64,000 nucleotides of DNA, from assembly GCF_036365525.1 (NCBI RefSeq), contig NC_090387.1, positions 76,135,300 through 76,199,299 of the forward strand, given 5' to 3'. This DNA comes from Heterodontus francisci. Its lineage: Eukaryota. This document shows positions 50,040 through 64,000 of this stretch, in pieces. Each line of letters opens with the position of its first letter. The first letter of the stretch is position 1. A program made the position numbers and the translations under genes. A model generated the notes under the pieces. It was not told the origin of the DNA and did not search any database. It was given only the letters and a program-made list of their open reading frames with translations.

Positions 50040-50487
50040 ACAACACTCAGGTAGCTTGACACTATCCAGGACCAAGCAGCTCGCTTGATCAGCACCCCAA
50101 CCAACACCTTAAAAATTTACTCCCGCCACCAATGACGCACAATGGCAGCAGTGTGTGCCAGAAACAAGAAGCACTGCAGCAATTCACCACACCTCCTTCA
50201 ACAGCACCTTCCAAATCCACGATCTCTACCAACTAGAAGGACAATGACAGCAGACTCATGGGGACACCAGCAGCTGCAAGCTCCCCTCCAAGCCACACAC
50301 CATCCTGACTTGGAAATATATCGCTGTTCCTTCACTGTTGATGGAACTCCCTCCCAAACAGCACTATGGGTGTACCTGCACCAGATGGACCGCAGCGATT
50401 CAAAAAGGCAGCTCACCACCACCTTCTCAAGAGCAAGTAGGGATGGGCAACAAGTGACACCGGCATCCCATGAAATGAATAAAAAAT
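50040..50487 (+). mobile_element. 3' fragment of the same LINE family as 39306-42150
   Basis: Similar to the reverse complement of 39316-39790; ends atcccatgaaatgaataaaaaa. Confidence 0.8.
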
Positions 50488-51179
50488 CAGCGCTAAAGCT
50501 CCCTGACCCCCGAAAACAAAACATCAGCACATATCACAGGCGGCCATGAACTCTCCCTCCCTCCAATGTGTGCTGATTTTTTTCTTGCTCCCTCCCCTAG
50601 TTTCTGTTTCTGTCTCTCCTCTATCTCCAGTTTGTTTCTCTCTTCTGCCAGTTTGTGTTTCTGTCTGTCCCTCTCCATCTCCCTAGTTGTTCTCTTAGGA
50701 CACAGGGTGATTTTCATTGGTGCTCTATCCACCATTTTCAGAAGTGGCAATTAAACGGTGTTTCCAAATAGCGGGGGGTCCAATGAACAGTGCATCAAGC
50801 ACGGTTTCTCCCAAGTCACTTGCAGCAGCGGTCGGGAGACCAATCATCCATTCCGGTGGTTCCCATTGAAAGCGGAGGATTGCCCAGACTTGTCTCGCAC
50901 AGACTTGTCAAACATACAGCCCGCAGGCCATAATCCGGCCGGCTGAAAGTTTCCATCCAGCCCGCCAGGCCTCTGAAACTGACAACGGGCTGCCAGTGGC
51001 TCGCCTGTACGTTAGGCACAGGGATAGGTGGAACCGGTGTAGGAAGGATGGTGAATGCCTGTCTGTTATTGGTCACTGTCTGTGTTGGGTGAGCACTGAT
51101 TGACGGTTCGCGATGCAGACACGCTGGGATCGGCCCTCCCTGCTGGTTTTGCGCATTCAGGGCGGGAATGGGAGCCAGG

Positions 51180-51640
51180 AGCATTGAACCGTGAGTGGCG
51201 AACCATGAGCTGGGAGCAGTGAACCATGAGCGATGTGTGTTGAGTGACGACCTGTGAACCATGAGTGGCGAGTGGCAAACCAGAAGCGGGGAGCACGAAT
51301 CATGACGGGAGGCGGTGAACTATGAATGGGGAGTGGCAAACCATGAGCTGGGAGTGGGGAGTGGTGAACTATGAGCGGCGAGCCCTGAGCTGGGAGTGGC
51401 AAATTATGAGTGGCAAACAAATACTGGGGAACCATGAGACACAGAGAGGGAACAGGGGTAGAGACAGAGAGAGATGGGCGAGAGACAGAGAGGGGATGGA
51501 AGACACACAGAAAGAGGGAGAGACGGGAGAGGGGGAGAGAGAGAGAGCAGTGGGGAGAGACAAACACAGCGAGGAAGGGGGACAGTGACACAGAGACAAG
51601 GAGAGAAAGGGGGAGAGAGATAGACACAGAGAGGGGACAT
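51180..51640 (+). repeat. Degenerate ~21-bp minisatellite (gaaccatgagctgggagtggc-like) followed by a GA-rich tract
   Basis: Repeated aaccatgag/aactatgag units at 51188-51438; (GA)n-rich at 51436-51640. Confidence 0.75.
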
Positions 51641-51694
51641 CCATCTGGAATACTCCGCAACGCTACACCAAGAGTGCGGGCAGAGATTGACGAT

Positions 51695-52087
51695 GAACAG
51701 AGAACAAAGAACAGTACAGCACAGGAACAGGCCATTCGGCCCTCCAAGCCTGCGCCGATCTTGATGCCTGTCTAAACTAAAACCTTCTGCACTTCCGGGG
51801 TCCGTATCCCTCTATTCCCATCCTATTCATGCATTTGTCAAGTTGCCTCTTAAACGTCGCTATCGCACTTGCTTCCACCACTTCCCCCGGCAGCAAGTTC
51901 CAGGCTTTCACTACCCTCTGTGTAAAAATCTTTCCTCGCACATCCCCTCTAAACTTTGCCCCTCTCACCTGAAACCTACGTTCCCTAGTAACTGACTTTT
52001 CCACCCTGGGAAAGAGCTTCTGATTATCCACTCTGTCCATGCCACTCTTCTCTTAACTTTGTCAACCTCTATCATGTCGCCCCTCCA
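51695..52087 (-). mobile_element. CR1 3' fragment
   Basis: ORF 51777-52040 and (agaacaa)n tail. Confidence 0.82.
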
Positions 52088-53029
52088 CAACAAACAATGC
52101 CAGGTATGTCAATAAGTCAGTGTTCAACACAATGACGAGAAAGTAAATCAATAAATTGGTCTTATCATTTAAAGCTTTTTCACAAAAATGCTCATTAGTT
52201 GTTGTTTTGATTCACAGTAAGACAAATTTGTAATGCCTTCATCTTTCTGAAATGTTCTCAGCGGCCTTCTATGTAGGACAAAAATAGTAACGTGGCCGAC
52301 CACGCGAAAAAGTTGGACAGGGGTAGCATTGGCGGGAGTCGAAAGCCATTATCGGATTGGCCAAAACAAAGAAGGGAGACTGACTCGGAGAGAATCAGCC
52401 AGATATATTTCCCTGTGTGTCCGTTTTATCGAATTAAAGCCACGATATTTTTGGAAGGTAAACTGGCAGGCCGGTGTGAACGTTTTATGCATTCTGTAGG
52501 TTGTAGTTTTGCTTCTTGCTGCAAGTGGCAATGTGGAGAAAATCTATGCTTTGGGGTCAAGGTGCACTTGTAAGACTACAATTAATTCGTATAAGGTAGC
52601 GTCGCATTAGTGAAACATCTTTTGTTTTTACACAACGGAGTAAGGCAATTAGTCCAAACAAAATTTTTCTGCATGTAAGCTATTTTTCCAGATTTCACAA
52701 TTGTCCTTCATTTGGAGATTGTAAGCATTTCCGACAGTGAAGGGGCAATCCTGTTAGAATGATAAGCATTTTATTTATGGATATTTTTGGATGCCAATTT
52801 CTGAAGTGGTGGGAAATATTTAAGCACATGACTGTGTCAGATGAAAGGTTACAGCTCAGTTCCTGACTCGTCGGCATCGCCTGTACAAACTCTGAACGGG
52901 GAGCGCAGAATCAACAGCAGCAGCAGTCTTTGATCGCGAGTGCATTCATTCAGCTGGGTAAAAGGATGCTGACTATAATAGAGAGCTTGCAGCTCAAGCT
53001 GCATACAATTTAAACTGAAATAATGATTG

Positions 53030-53385
53030 TAATACAGTGGTAACACTCTCGCCTGTGAGTCTCAGTCCAGAGACTTCAACACATAATCTAGGCTGACACT
53101 TTAATGCCGGACTGAAGTAGTGCTGCACACTCTGTGGTGTCCCATTTCAGATGAATCATTAAAACAAGACTCCTTCTTCCCTCGCAGGTGGATGTAAATG
53201 ATCCTTCCAGACAATTGGAAGAGGAACAGGGAGTTCTTAGTTTCCTAGCCATTATTTATTTCTCATCTAAAATCACTGAACAAAAAATGATTATCTGGTA
53301 GTTATCACATTGCTTTTTATGGGACCCTGCTGTGCAAAAGTGTTCATTTCCCACACAGTGACTGTACTTCATTAGCTGTAAAACG
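53030..53385 (+). mobile_element. Deu-SINE remnant (further fragments 53820-54090, 54640-54840)
   Basis: cagtggtaacactctcgcctgtgagtc..aggtggatgtaaatgatcc. Confidence 0.6.
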
Positions 53386-56260
53386 GTTTGGTGGTGGGGG
53401 TGGAGGGGGGGGGGGGTGGTGGGTGGGGTGATTGGGGCTGGGGGTCCCTTTTAGGTGAGAGAAATGATTGGCGGGTTATAAGGGACAGAGAGGGATATTA
53501 TGTAAACTTTGGGACAGACTCAATATTCTCTTCCTTTCCTCTATATTGGTATGTTTTTAAATCCACCGAAGACTACTACAGTGGGTTATTCATTTTAACA
53601 CAATTTGAAACAGACAATTTAAAATGAAGAAATACACAATTAACTAACAGGATATGCAAATAGATCACATCAATCATAAATAAATAGTTTTGCCTTTAAT
53701 TTTAATGTAAGTAGTTATTTTGATAGTTTAGGGATGATATTGCAGCAATAAAGCCACTCCTGAGCAGTTTTATTCCAAAGTACTGATGAAGGCCTCCATT
53801 CCTGGAGGTTTCTTTTCACAAAGAGATAATAAACAATGGGTTTCTCTGTCTCTTCAGGTGGACACAAAAGATCTCATGACACATAAAGTTCTCCTGCTTT
53901 TCTGACCAACATTGTTCCCTCAACCAGCATTACTATCTACAGATTATCTGGTCTTTTATTTCATTGCTCTTTGTGTGACCTCTCAGTTTGCTAACTTCCA
54001 GCTTTTTTTCTCTATATTACAACAGTGACAACACTTCAAAAGTAAAACATTTGGAACGTCTCAATGTGAAAAGCGCATTACATATACTGTTTATCTTTTT
54101 TATATTGCTGTTATCTTGCTGTGTGTAAATTTGCTTCTAGTTTTTCTTATTTCAAAGGCAATCAGTATGAGGTGCGTTGGGACATTTCATAAGCGAGGTA
54201 ATGAGGTGTTATAAATGAATGTAAGTCGTTCTTTCTCTCATCATAGTGGCATATCGGAAACCCTGCAAACTTGATGGGAATTTGGAATTTACCAAGCATA
54301 ACTGGAAGGAATAAATATTATACATATTATTAGGATGGGTGAGTCACGGGGTCATCGTTAGTGTTACAGGATTAAGCTGCAAAGTTATTTTCCACGGAAA
54401 ACCACTTCACAATGTAAATCTAGAGCCAGGACTCAACAGGAATCCAGAACAATGGATGGGACTTCCACTTCTGGGTCTTGAGTTCCAGGCGATTTGACAT
54501 CACTGTCCTTTACACAGCACCTTCAGGACTGTGGCAGGCAGCTATGCTACATGAGGACATTGGTAGTGGCCCGTTGTTTGCCTTCTTTTTACAGAAAGTA
54601 ACTGTCTAACTGAAAAGGAGAGATACGGACCTTATAGCACGATCCCGCATCATATTGCTGGTGCTCTGGCCAATATTCATCTCTCAACCAACTTCACTAA
54701 AACAAGTTGTTTGGCCATTATAATGTTGCTGTTTGCGGAACGTTTCCTACATGACAACAGTGACAACACGTCAAAAGTACTTAATTAGCTGTAAAGCACT
54801 TTGGGACTGCAAACCGTCGTGAAATGTACTTACAGGTTCTTTTTTCTTTTTTTCTTTCGCTAATTTTACTAGTGCTATTTTGTTTTATAGCAAGGCCATC
54901 TATCTATTCAAATATATAATCTAATATACTGGATGACATTACTTATAATGAGATGTTTTTGAACAATAACGTTATTCTCTATTACAGCTGAAAAGGAGCG
55001 TCAATTTTCAAATGATCGCTGCCTCGATGTAACCTGTTTCATGTTGAGAGTGTGGTATACGGAGAGAGATTTTTCCGGACCTTATCGATTTTGTCCTGAT
55101 TACCGCCAGAAATCATAAATCATAACTCTACGGCGTTCTTACAGAAAGAGCTCCATATCTCTAAAGTTAATTATCTTCAACATTGACATTTAGCTGATAT
55201 CGCGATAATTGCAAAGCATTTCAGTTGTCAGAATCAGCCTGTCGGGGAATCGCAAAACACGGACATTGCAGAACAAAGACAGAAATGTTTGGTTGCGAGA
55301 TTTCGAATACATTTCTGAAATTATACTTCTTTTGAACGTCGAACCAGGTAACGCAGGCACTGTGCAACTTGCATGGCCTGAGACGGGCGCAGCCACAAGC
55401 CACAAATTGTTTCCATTATGCCACTAGCAGAATCGCTGTGCAGTTCTATTCTCCCAGTGATAGCAATTTCCCATTAGCTCAAACTACGAGTGCACTTTGT
55501 GGTAAATGTTGAGCTAGCTGAAGACATCAGCTTCAAGATGAGATCTATTTATATAGAAATGTTGCAAAAGTTCACACTTGAGCAACTGCAATTGCGTATT
55601 ACAAACAGAAATCTAAAATAGATGTCTCTGTGGCGAGAACCCGTCATCTGATAGGAAGCATTTAAAAAGGAGCAGAACAAATGCGAAGGGGCGGCAAACC
55701 CACACATAAAGACACTCACACAGAAACACAAACACACACCATACAACAAGTCGCATTTGTATAGCGCCTTCAAAGTAGTAAACGATTAAAAAGAGCTTCA
55801 TACGGAACATTAGCAAACAAATATTAACACGGAACAACGTAAGGTCCTGGTGCCCAACAGCTTTTAAAGGAGGAAGGAGTAGCAGAGATATTTCGGGTTG
55901 GAATTCCAGAGCTTAGGGCCTCGGCAGCTGAAGACACGGCCACCAATGGCGGAGCGAAGAAAATTGGAGATGGACAAGAAGCCAGAATGCGAGGAGGGCC
56001 AAGGCCATGGAGGGATTTGAAATCAAAGATGACAATTTTAAACTAAAGGTGTTGCAGGAACCGGAGGCAGTGTAGGTCAACGAGCATGAGGAATGAATGC
56101 TACTTGGCGTGAGTTATATACACACACATACATACACGCATTCAGACATATACACATAAGCACACACAGACGCACACATAGACATTCATACACGTTCACA
56201 TATACACACATACACATACAAACTCATACATGCACCCATTAAAAAGACTTGTATTTATAT

Positions 56261-56702
56261 AAAGAGGTTGAGTAGATTAGGATTATTTTCATTAGAAAGA
56301 CGGAGGTTGAGGGGGGACCTGATTGAGGTGTACAAAATCATGAGAGGTATAGACAGGGTGGATAGCAAGAGGCTTTTTCCCAGAGTGGGGGTTTCAATTA
56401 CTAGAGGACACGAGTTCAAAGTGAAAGGGGAAATGTTTAGGGGGGATATGCGTGGAAAGTTCTTTACGCAGAGGGTGGTGGGCACCTGGAACGCATTGCC
56501 AGCGGAGGTGGTAGATGCGGGCATGATGGAGTCTTTTAAGATGTATCTAGACAGATACATGAATGGGCAGGAAGAAAAGAGATACAGAACCTTAGAAAAT
56601 AGGCGACATGTTTAGAGAGAGGATCTGGATCGGCGCAGGCTTGGAGGGCCGAAGGGCCTGTTCCTGTGCTGTAATTATATTTGTTCTTTGTTCTCTTTGT
56701 TC
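56261..56702 (+). mobile_element. CR1 3' fragment, same subfamily as 31672-32943, present only in duplication copy 2
   Basis: Highly similar to the reverse complement of 31672-32108; absent at the homologous site ~1230-1258. Confidence 0.88.
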
Positions 56703-57828
56703 TTTAATGATCCAGCAAGTCCCAAAGCACTTAACAGCCAATGAAGTGTAGTCACTGTTGTAATGCAAGAATACACACACGCACTCGCGCACACATCTAT
56801 ACAGACCCACAAACACCAAAACACATGCACACTCATACATACACCATGCACATATATGCATACACACACACAGATGGGAGAATGGTGGTGTTTAAATGGA
56901 AAATGAGATCATTTTCCTTCCTCGCTCACACAATATGTTTATTTTCCCTTCACTCTTCCCTTCATTCCATTCCCATCTTATCTGCAACATGTTGCAAATC
57001 CATTTTACACCATTGCACATAGTCATGATCTACCCAATTACACAAATGTACTCCTAGCTGAACCCCCAACTCCCACCAACCTCCAATTTGCATAAACTTT
57101 AGCTCATCCAAAACTCTGCTGCCCATATCCTATCCCGTATCAAATTCTGCTCACCCATCATCCCTATGCTGGCTGACCGACTTTGGTTTCTCACATCCCA
57201 CCCCTCTTCCCCTCCACCTCCCTCAGTGTCTCAAATTTAAGATTCTCATACTCATTTAAATTCTTTCGTGGCTTTGTACTTCTCTATCTAGAACCATAAA
57301 ACCATAGAAAAATTACGACACAGAAAGAGGCCATTCAGCCCATCGTGTCTGCGCCGGCTGAAAAAACTAGCCACCCAATCTAATCCCACCATTCAGTACC
57401 TGGTCCATAGCCTTGCAGGTTACAGCACTTTAAGAGCATGTCCACCTAACGTTTGTATCAGTTGAGGGTTTCTGCCTCCTCATCTCCCGTCAAATCCTTC
57501 TACTAATCACCTTAAATCTGTGCCCCATGTTAATTGACCTCTCCGCTAGGGGAAACAGATCCTTCTTGTCCACTCTATCTAGGCCCCTCATAATTTTGTA
57601 CACCTTCATTAAGTCACCCCGCAGCCTCCTCTGTTCTAAGGCAAACAACCCTTGCCTATCCAATCTTTCCTCATAGTTGCAATGTTCAAGCTCTGGAAAC
57701 ATTCTTGTAAATCTCCTCTGCACTCTCTCCACAGCAATTATGTCTTTCGTGTACTGTGGTGAGCAGAACTATATACAATACTGCAGCTGTGGTGTAACCA
57801 GCGTTTTATACAGTTTCAGCATTACATC

Positions 57829-58174
57829 TCAGCACAGTGGCGCAGTGGTTAGCACCGCAGCCTCACAGCTCCAGGGACCCGGGTTCGATTCCGGGTACTG
57901 CCTGTGTGGAGTTTGCAAGTTCTCCCTGTGTCTGCGTGGGTCTTCTCCGGGTGCTCCGGTTTCCTCCCACAAGCCAAAAGACTTGCAGGTTGATAGATAA
58001 ATTGGCCATTATATAAATTGTCACTAGTATAGGTAGGGAAATATAGGGACAGGTGGGGATGTTTGGTAGGAATATGGGATTAGTGTAGGATTAGTATAAA
58101 TGGGTGGTTGATGTTCGGCACAGACTCGGTGGGCCGAAGGGCCTGTTTCAGTGCTGTATCTCTAATCTAATCTA
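57829..58174 (+). mobile_element. tRNA-derived V-SINE (HE1-like), copy 2-specific
   Basis: Box A tggcgcagtgg, box B ggttcgattcc, V-domain ctccgggtgctccggtttcctcccaca, (tctaa)n tail; absent at ~2675. Confidence 0.88.
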
Positions 58175-61100
58175 ACTGCTCCAGCCAACAACTCCCCCAT
58201 CTCTCCACAATTCCCCTAACTGTGGAATATAGTACATTTCCTGTTTCTTTGTTCACCAGGCACTAATATTCTCTCTCTAAACATCTCTGCTTCTGCATTC
58301 TCTCTCTATTTAGATTGTCGTTTAAATCCACCTCTTCGATTAAACCTTTGGTTTCTCCTTCCTAATACAACTTTCTTTGACTGGATGTATTTTTCTTTTT
58401 GGTTAGGCCTTTGGAAAACACTTTAAGATATCTTTCTACTTGAAAGGTTTTATATAAATATAAGTTACCCTTTGTGTCTTCCTCTTTATTTTCCAGTTCT
58501 GATGAAGGGTTATGACCAAACTATTAACTTATCTGTTCTCTTGGGAGATGTTTATCGACCCACTGAGTATTTCCAACATGTTCTGTTTTACATTACATAG
58601 AATTACATGGAGACCATTCGTCTCCCACCCATTTTCATCTATCCTTATCAGCATATCCTTCTATTTCTTTTACCTTCATATCCACATCAAACTCCCACTT
58701 TAAATATATCTATGTCATTTACCTCAACTACTCACTTTACTACACATTCGATAAAGGTTTCTCCTGAATTCTCTCTTGGCTATATTTATGACTATCTTAT
58801 ATTTCTGCCCTCTAGTTCTGGACTCCCTCACAAATTGAAACATTTTCTCCAGGTCTACTCTATCAAACCCGTTCATAATTTCAAAGACCTCAATCAGGTT
58901 CCCCTTCAGCTTTCCCTGTTCTCGAGAAAAGAACCTTAGACTGTTCAGCCTTTCCTGATAAGTCTATCTTCTCAGTTCTGGTATTATCCTTGTGGATATT
59001 TTTGTACCTTTTCCAGTGTCTGTAAATAACTTCCATAATATGGAAAGTAGAAATGTGCACAGTGCTTCAAATGTGGTCTAATCAAGATTCAATACAAGTT
59101 TAACATAACTTTGCTGCTTTTTAATTCTATCGCTGTAGAAATTAACCCCAATACTTGGCTTACTTTTTCTGGCCTTATTAATCTGCATTACCTGCTTTTT
59201 GTGATTCAGGGATTTGTATTCCTAAATCGCTTTTTCCCTCTACCCCGAATAGACTCTTATTATCCAAGTAGTATGTGGCCTCCTTACACTTCCTATCAGA
59301 CTGCACCACCTCACACTTTCAATTGCTAATTACACACCCACTCAGCAAGTCTATTATTGTCTTCTTGTATTTTGTCGCATTCTTCCTCAGTATTAATCAT
59401 AGTCCCCATTTTGGTGTCACCACAAATTTTGGTTGTGCTATCGATTTCTGAGCTTTGGCTTCAGATTTCCAGCAGTTTATGTTTTATTTTTATTTTTTGC
59501 GTGGTCATGATGCGGAGGCGGTGTGAGGCCAGGCTGGCAAAGGCCTGCAGTGCTTCTGTGAAGTCTAAAGAGGCACCCTTGCTCTTTCCAGCAGTTGAAC
59601 TCTACAACAAGGTGACATCAATTTAAAATTAAAGTCAGGCTATTCAGGAGTGAAACCAGGAAACACCTTTTCACAGGAAGGCTCATAGAAAGCTGGAACA
59701 CTCTTCCCAAAAGGCCGTGAATGTTTGGACAATTGGCGCTTTCAAGACTGTGATGGTAAATTTAAGTTAGTTAACGGTATCGAGGGAAACAGAACGAAGG
59801 CAGGTAAATGGAGTTGAGGTGCAGATCAGCCATGATCTAATTAAATGACGGATCAGGGTACAGAGGATGAATGTTTTATTCCTTTCGTTATGGCATGGCT
59901 ACAGAAACTATTTAAAACCCTTCCATTAATGCGAATTTTCCAAAGTAAAAATGTACCTTTGTTTCTCGGAATTTCATGGCTCTCTCACAGATGTTACATG
60001 GGTGATCGGCAGACCCCTGCTCGAATTATTGGCTGTACATCTGTAGAACCGATTCACAATGCTGCAGTTTAAACTAGGGTTTGAATTTTCTTGTGGGATG
60101 GTCAGCGCTAACCGCAGCGGTAAATCTGTGAATCCCTGGAGAAATGCTGTCGATGGCACTTAGCCTGCTTCTTCAGGGTTTCCGTCAATGTTTTGCCAAA
60201 GTTATTGCGGGAAATCGGTAGAAACCTCCGCAGAAAATCCACCCAGTCAATTTAACATCATTACTATCCATTGGTGGCATTCGTCGCATTGCATAAGCTA
60301 CAATGTCAACTCCTGGCATCTGTCAGCCATGTTTAAAAATGCATTGGACTTCATATCCAGTTGAGAAAGCACATTTTTAATTTCAAAATGCTTTTGACTT
60401 ATTGCATGATGAAAATGTTTTGAGAAAAATCATCAGACAATTGATGAGAAACCATTGCATTCATTTTGATGAGAGCGGTGCATTGAGCACAGTCCGGAGC
60501 ATCGAGCGACTGTCTGCCGATGTCCTCAGTGTGCAGCTTATTTTCTCGAAGAGGAAGGTGTGTGCGTGAGGGGGCGGGGTTGCTGCTCCGCATCCCAGCA
60601 TTTAATACGTATCTTCGGGCACTGGTGCAATTGCTCAGATGAGGAGGACCAGTAGGATACGTTCAGCACCCCTTGGAAAAGGAGGGTCATTAAAGAAGTC
60701 CTCAGAGGAGTTTCCTAGGAGTCATTGATCCGGTCCTTAGAAGAGATTCACTGATCAGGTAACGGAGGAAGTCACAAATTATATCGCCCCCCGCCCCCTC
60801 CCCATAAAAGGGGGATTAAGCCCCTGAAGGAGATTCATTCATCAACGCCTTTGAGAAGAGTCGTTGACCAGGTCTCGGGAGGCCAGTGCCCAGAAAATAT
60901 GTTACTTTTATCACTCAATCTAGTACCCCAAGGCAGAGAATACTAACAAAAATTAAAGTAAAGGAAGCACGGGGCAATGGTGTAAGGTGGGGGTTATTGA
61001 ATTGGCTGTCCGTTATATACCAGCCCGATTTTCATTTACTTCAATGGAAAGGAAAATCAGGAGTGGCTAATTCAGGATCAACCAGTTCACAGCATCGCCC

Positions 61101-64000
61101 AAGGTTAGAATAACCTCCATGGTCTCTGAAGAACCGTTGAGTTTTAACCAGAAAAAATTGTATTTCCCACAATCCTACTGCTGATACCAAGCACTTAATT
61201 CAAATAATCACTTTGCTTACCATGCATTGCACTGAAAATCTTTTATTGAGTATATTCCATGATGATACAAACAGAGATAACCGACTCCAATAAAAAGCTG
61301 GCACGCGACATGATGGGCTGGATTTTTCAAATGCTGCCTGGACGGTTTATATAAAAACGGCTGATTCGTAATACCAGTTTAGCCCTGAGTGGCAATTTGA
61401 AAAACTCTGTCACATGCTCCATAATGAAGTTAATACCCTCAATATATTGTACACTGTAGGTACTAATTTAAACACAGCGGGGCTCAAGTTTTCTTGCATC
61501 TCCAATCTTCATTAGAAATTTATGCTGTTTTGAACAGGTCAAAGCTTATTCATAGTAAACGCATTGAAACTTTTTCCTTTGAGAAGAAAATGAGTAGAGG
61601 CGCTATCGTGGAAAACCGCTGATAACAAGGTGGCAGCCCATGTTACAGCTCACCGAAATATTTATTGCCATCGACTTCAATGGGGAGAGATATAGACCAG
61701 ACTGTCAACTCGCCATCACCCGTTTTACAAGATCTACCCGCCATTCTTTGTTTTTATTAATTTAATCATAACTGATATCCAGGTTGAATGCCATAATTAT
61801 TAAATGTTTATTTCGGTGATTTTAAGAAGAAGCTCGGCTGCCAAAGTTTGCAAAAAATGTCCATGCTGCGATAAAATCAACATTGTAATAATTGTAATAC
61901 AGCCCGTGGAGGGTGACAGTACAACTATTTTATCTAAATACCCGATGCTACAGGAAACATGGTGCTAGATATTGACTTTGTACGACAGGGTAAAATGGAT
62001 GATAGTAAGTCGGCAGCCCATTTTACATCTCCCCCCATTTTTATTCCCATTGACCTGTACACCCATTGAAATAAAACTCGGGAGAGATGTAAAAAGTGAT
62101 GCCAACACACTGTCACCTATTTTACATTATCTCACAAAGTAGAAATCTACCCCATCTTACATTGAAACTCATAACCTGCAGAGAAAACAATTTCCTTGGA
62201 GACAAAGGAATCTTCCGCACAGTATGTCATATTCTGTCAGCTGTTTCCTGCATGACCTGCTAAAGAAGGGCAACATTCAATACTGACTGTTGTTTGAATT
62301 ATTGATTACGTTGATAAATTGCTACTGGCCCCCACTCCCACCAGTCTTACCCGTCCTCTTCCTTCAATACGCGCAGTACACTCTCCGAGTAGATAACTTT
62401 CAAGTGCAAGTCTAGACAGCAATGCGTATAAATTCCTCCTGGGCGGTAGTGCAAAACTGACGATAGCGAATTAATTTTGAATTCTGCCTGATTCGCTTTC
62501 CCACACTGAAAATAGCACATCGGACAGAGCGTAAAACGCGCCGCCGATTCACGATGGCTCGTATCATGCTGCTGTCCCTATGTCCGGAGGATTTTGGACT
62601 CAAGGGAGGGAGACATCACAGCCAAAGACTAAACTAAACTCCACACATGAAGTCTTTCCGAAGGAATCACTGATAACGATCGGGAGTTTGACCTGGCTGA
62701 TTCCACCCTTCCGAGTCAAGAACTACGGAACAGGAATCTACTGCCCCACCTGCAAAATCAGCTCATTCAGCAAATCCTAGGATGGAATCTGAGAATTTCT
62801 TACTCTGTACATACAGCCTTTGACAACAAGACCATTGGTTATTGGCTATGTTTAACCAGAAACAGATTGGGAAATGTATTTGTTTCAACCCTTAACGAGT
62901 TTATCAGGTTATTCCCTGTCTAATAACAGCAGGATCATCAGCGCAATTCATTTTGTTGGTAAGCATGGATAAATCAGACTCCAATCCAACTTATAGGTGA
63001 TCAATAAACAAACATCTGGTAAATTGATTCTATTGATCTTTGCGGACACATTTTCTGGGCACCATGGCCTAAACGTAAAATCTGGTTCTGAATATTTTAC
63101 TGAATTGCTCAATGTGCATTGAAAGCTGAAGAGTCCGGATAACACACAGTGCGGAGGGAGGTATCTGCTCTGGCTTGGTGCAGCCAAATCGCGAACATTA
63201 TTTAACAAAAATGCATTTAGAATACCCCCAAACAAGCATCAGAAAAATTCTTCCTCATTTGAAGCAGCTTGAGTGCCAGCCGTGGCTCAGTTGGCCGTAC
63301 TTTGTTTCTATGATACAAGATTGTGGGTTCGCATCACACTCTGGGACTGGAGTGCACAAATCTAGACTGACATTCCATGCAATACTGAGGGCTGCTGCAC
63401 TATCTGAGGTGCCGTCTTTCGGATGAGACATTAAATCGAGGCCCTTCTTCTCCCTAAGGTGGCTGTAACAGATCCCATGGCACTATCTTGAAGAAGAGCA
63501 GGGGGTTTATCCCTTGGTGTCCTGCCCCATATCCATCCCACAAAACAGATTGCCTGACCATTATCACATTGCTGTTTGTGGGATCTTACTCCGCTCAAAT
63601 TGGATCCAGCCTTTCCCGCATTAGGAAAGTGACTAGACTTTAGATGCACCTCTGGAATTAAAACAAGAAATGCCTTTCTTGTTTTTATTTCAGATTTCCA
63701 GCATCCGCAGTATTTTGCTTTTACTTTAGATGTACCTCATTGGCTGTAAACGCTTTAGGAAGTCCCGTGGTCGTGAGAGGCGCTATATAAATATGCAATA
63801 ATTGGCCCGATAACCAGGCGGTTGGATATTTACTCTCGTTTAATAACTGGGGGAAATTACCTCTGGTTGCTATTTCTAGTGAAATCTTAAATAGCTTCTT
63901 TTAAAACACTGCAACTATTTTCCTAGAACATGGAAATCCTCCAAATATCGTCGCAACGTTGCTAACTCACAGTGACCAGATGAGATCAGTGTCCTTTGTG

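Larger units (their letters stand above)
50900..52323. mobile_element. Possible second hAT-type MITE containing a minisatellite and a CR1 fragment
   Basis: Left end cagacttgtcaaacatacagcccgcaggcc..tccggcc resembles the 37568 MITE end; right end aaaagttggacagggg. No clear TSD. Confidence 0.4.
54970..64000 (+). repeat. Segmental duplication, copy 2
   Basis: See copy 1; differs by scattered substitutions and copy-specific TE insertions. Confidence 0.95.

Noticed and set aside
51180-51440. CRISPR-like array
   Set aside because: Eukaryotic DNA; tandem degenerate units without unique spacers.
51157-51775. Several overlapping 80-196 aa ORFs
   Set aside because: Low-complexity GA/CT and minisatellite sequence.
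57835-57895. tRNA gene
   Set aside because: It is the tRNA-derived head of a V-SINE, continuous with the SINE body.

Overview
Eukaryotic, repeat-rich genomic DNA, most likely from a cartilaginous fish; this is inferred from the HE1/V-SINEs, SacSINE1-like Deu-SINEs and abundant CR1-type LINEs. Most ORFs in the track are retrotransposon remnants or spurious. Reading splice sites by hand gives three host loci. (1) Gene A is an 8-exon minus-strand Ig-superfamily receptor (45944->34475): leader, germline-joined VJ-type domain, C1 domain, neutral TM and a tyrosine-motif tail. All splice sites are canonical, but the ITIM-like motifs are degenerate and the penultimate exon has tandem stops. (2) Gene B is a related V-C1 pseudogene (15639->11283, minus) with an Arg at the start of the TM, i.e. 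activating type. (3) Between them, on the plus strand, are exons 5-7 plus 3' UTR of a 5'-truncated, diverged NUDT21 copy. Bases 1-11083 are duplicated at 54970-64000, suggesting a ~53-55 kb tandem cassette of paired inhibitory/activating antigen-receptor-like genes. Also present are a young RTE-clade LINE with a twin-priming-type 5' inversion, several short Penelope-like elements carrying minimal hammerhead ribozyme motifs, and a hAT-type MITE.
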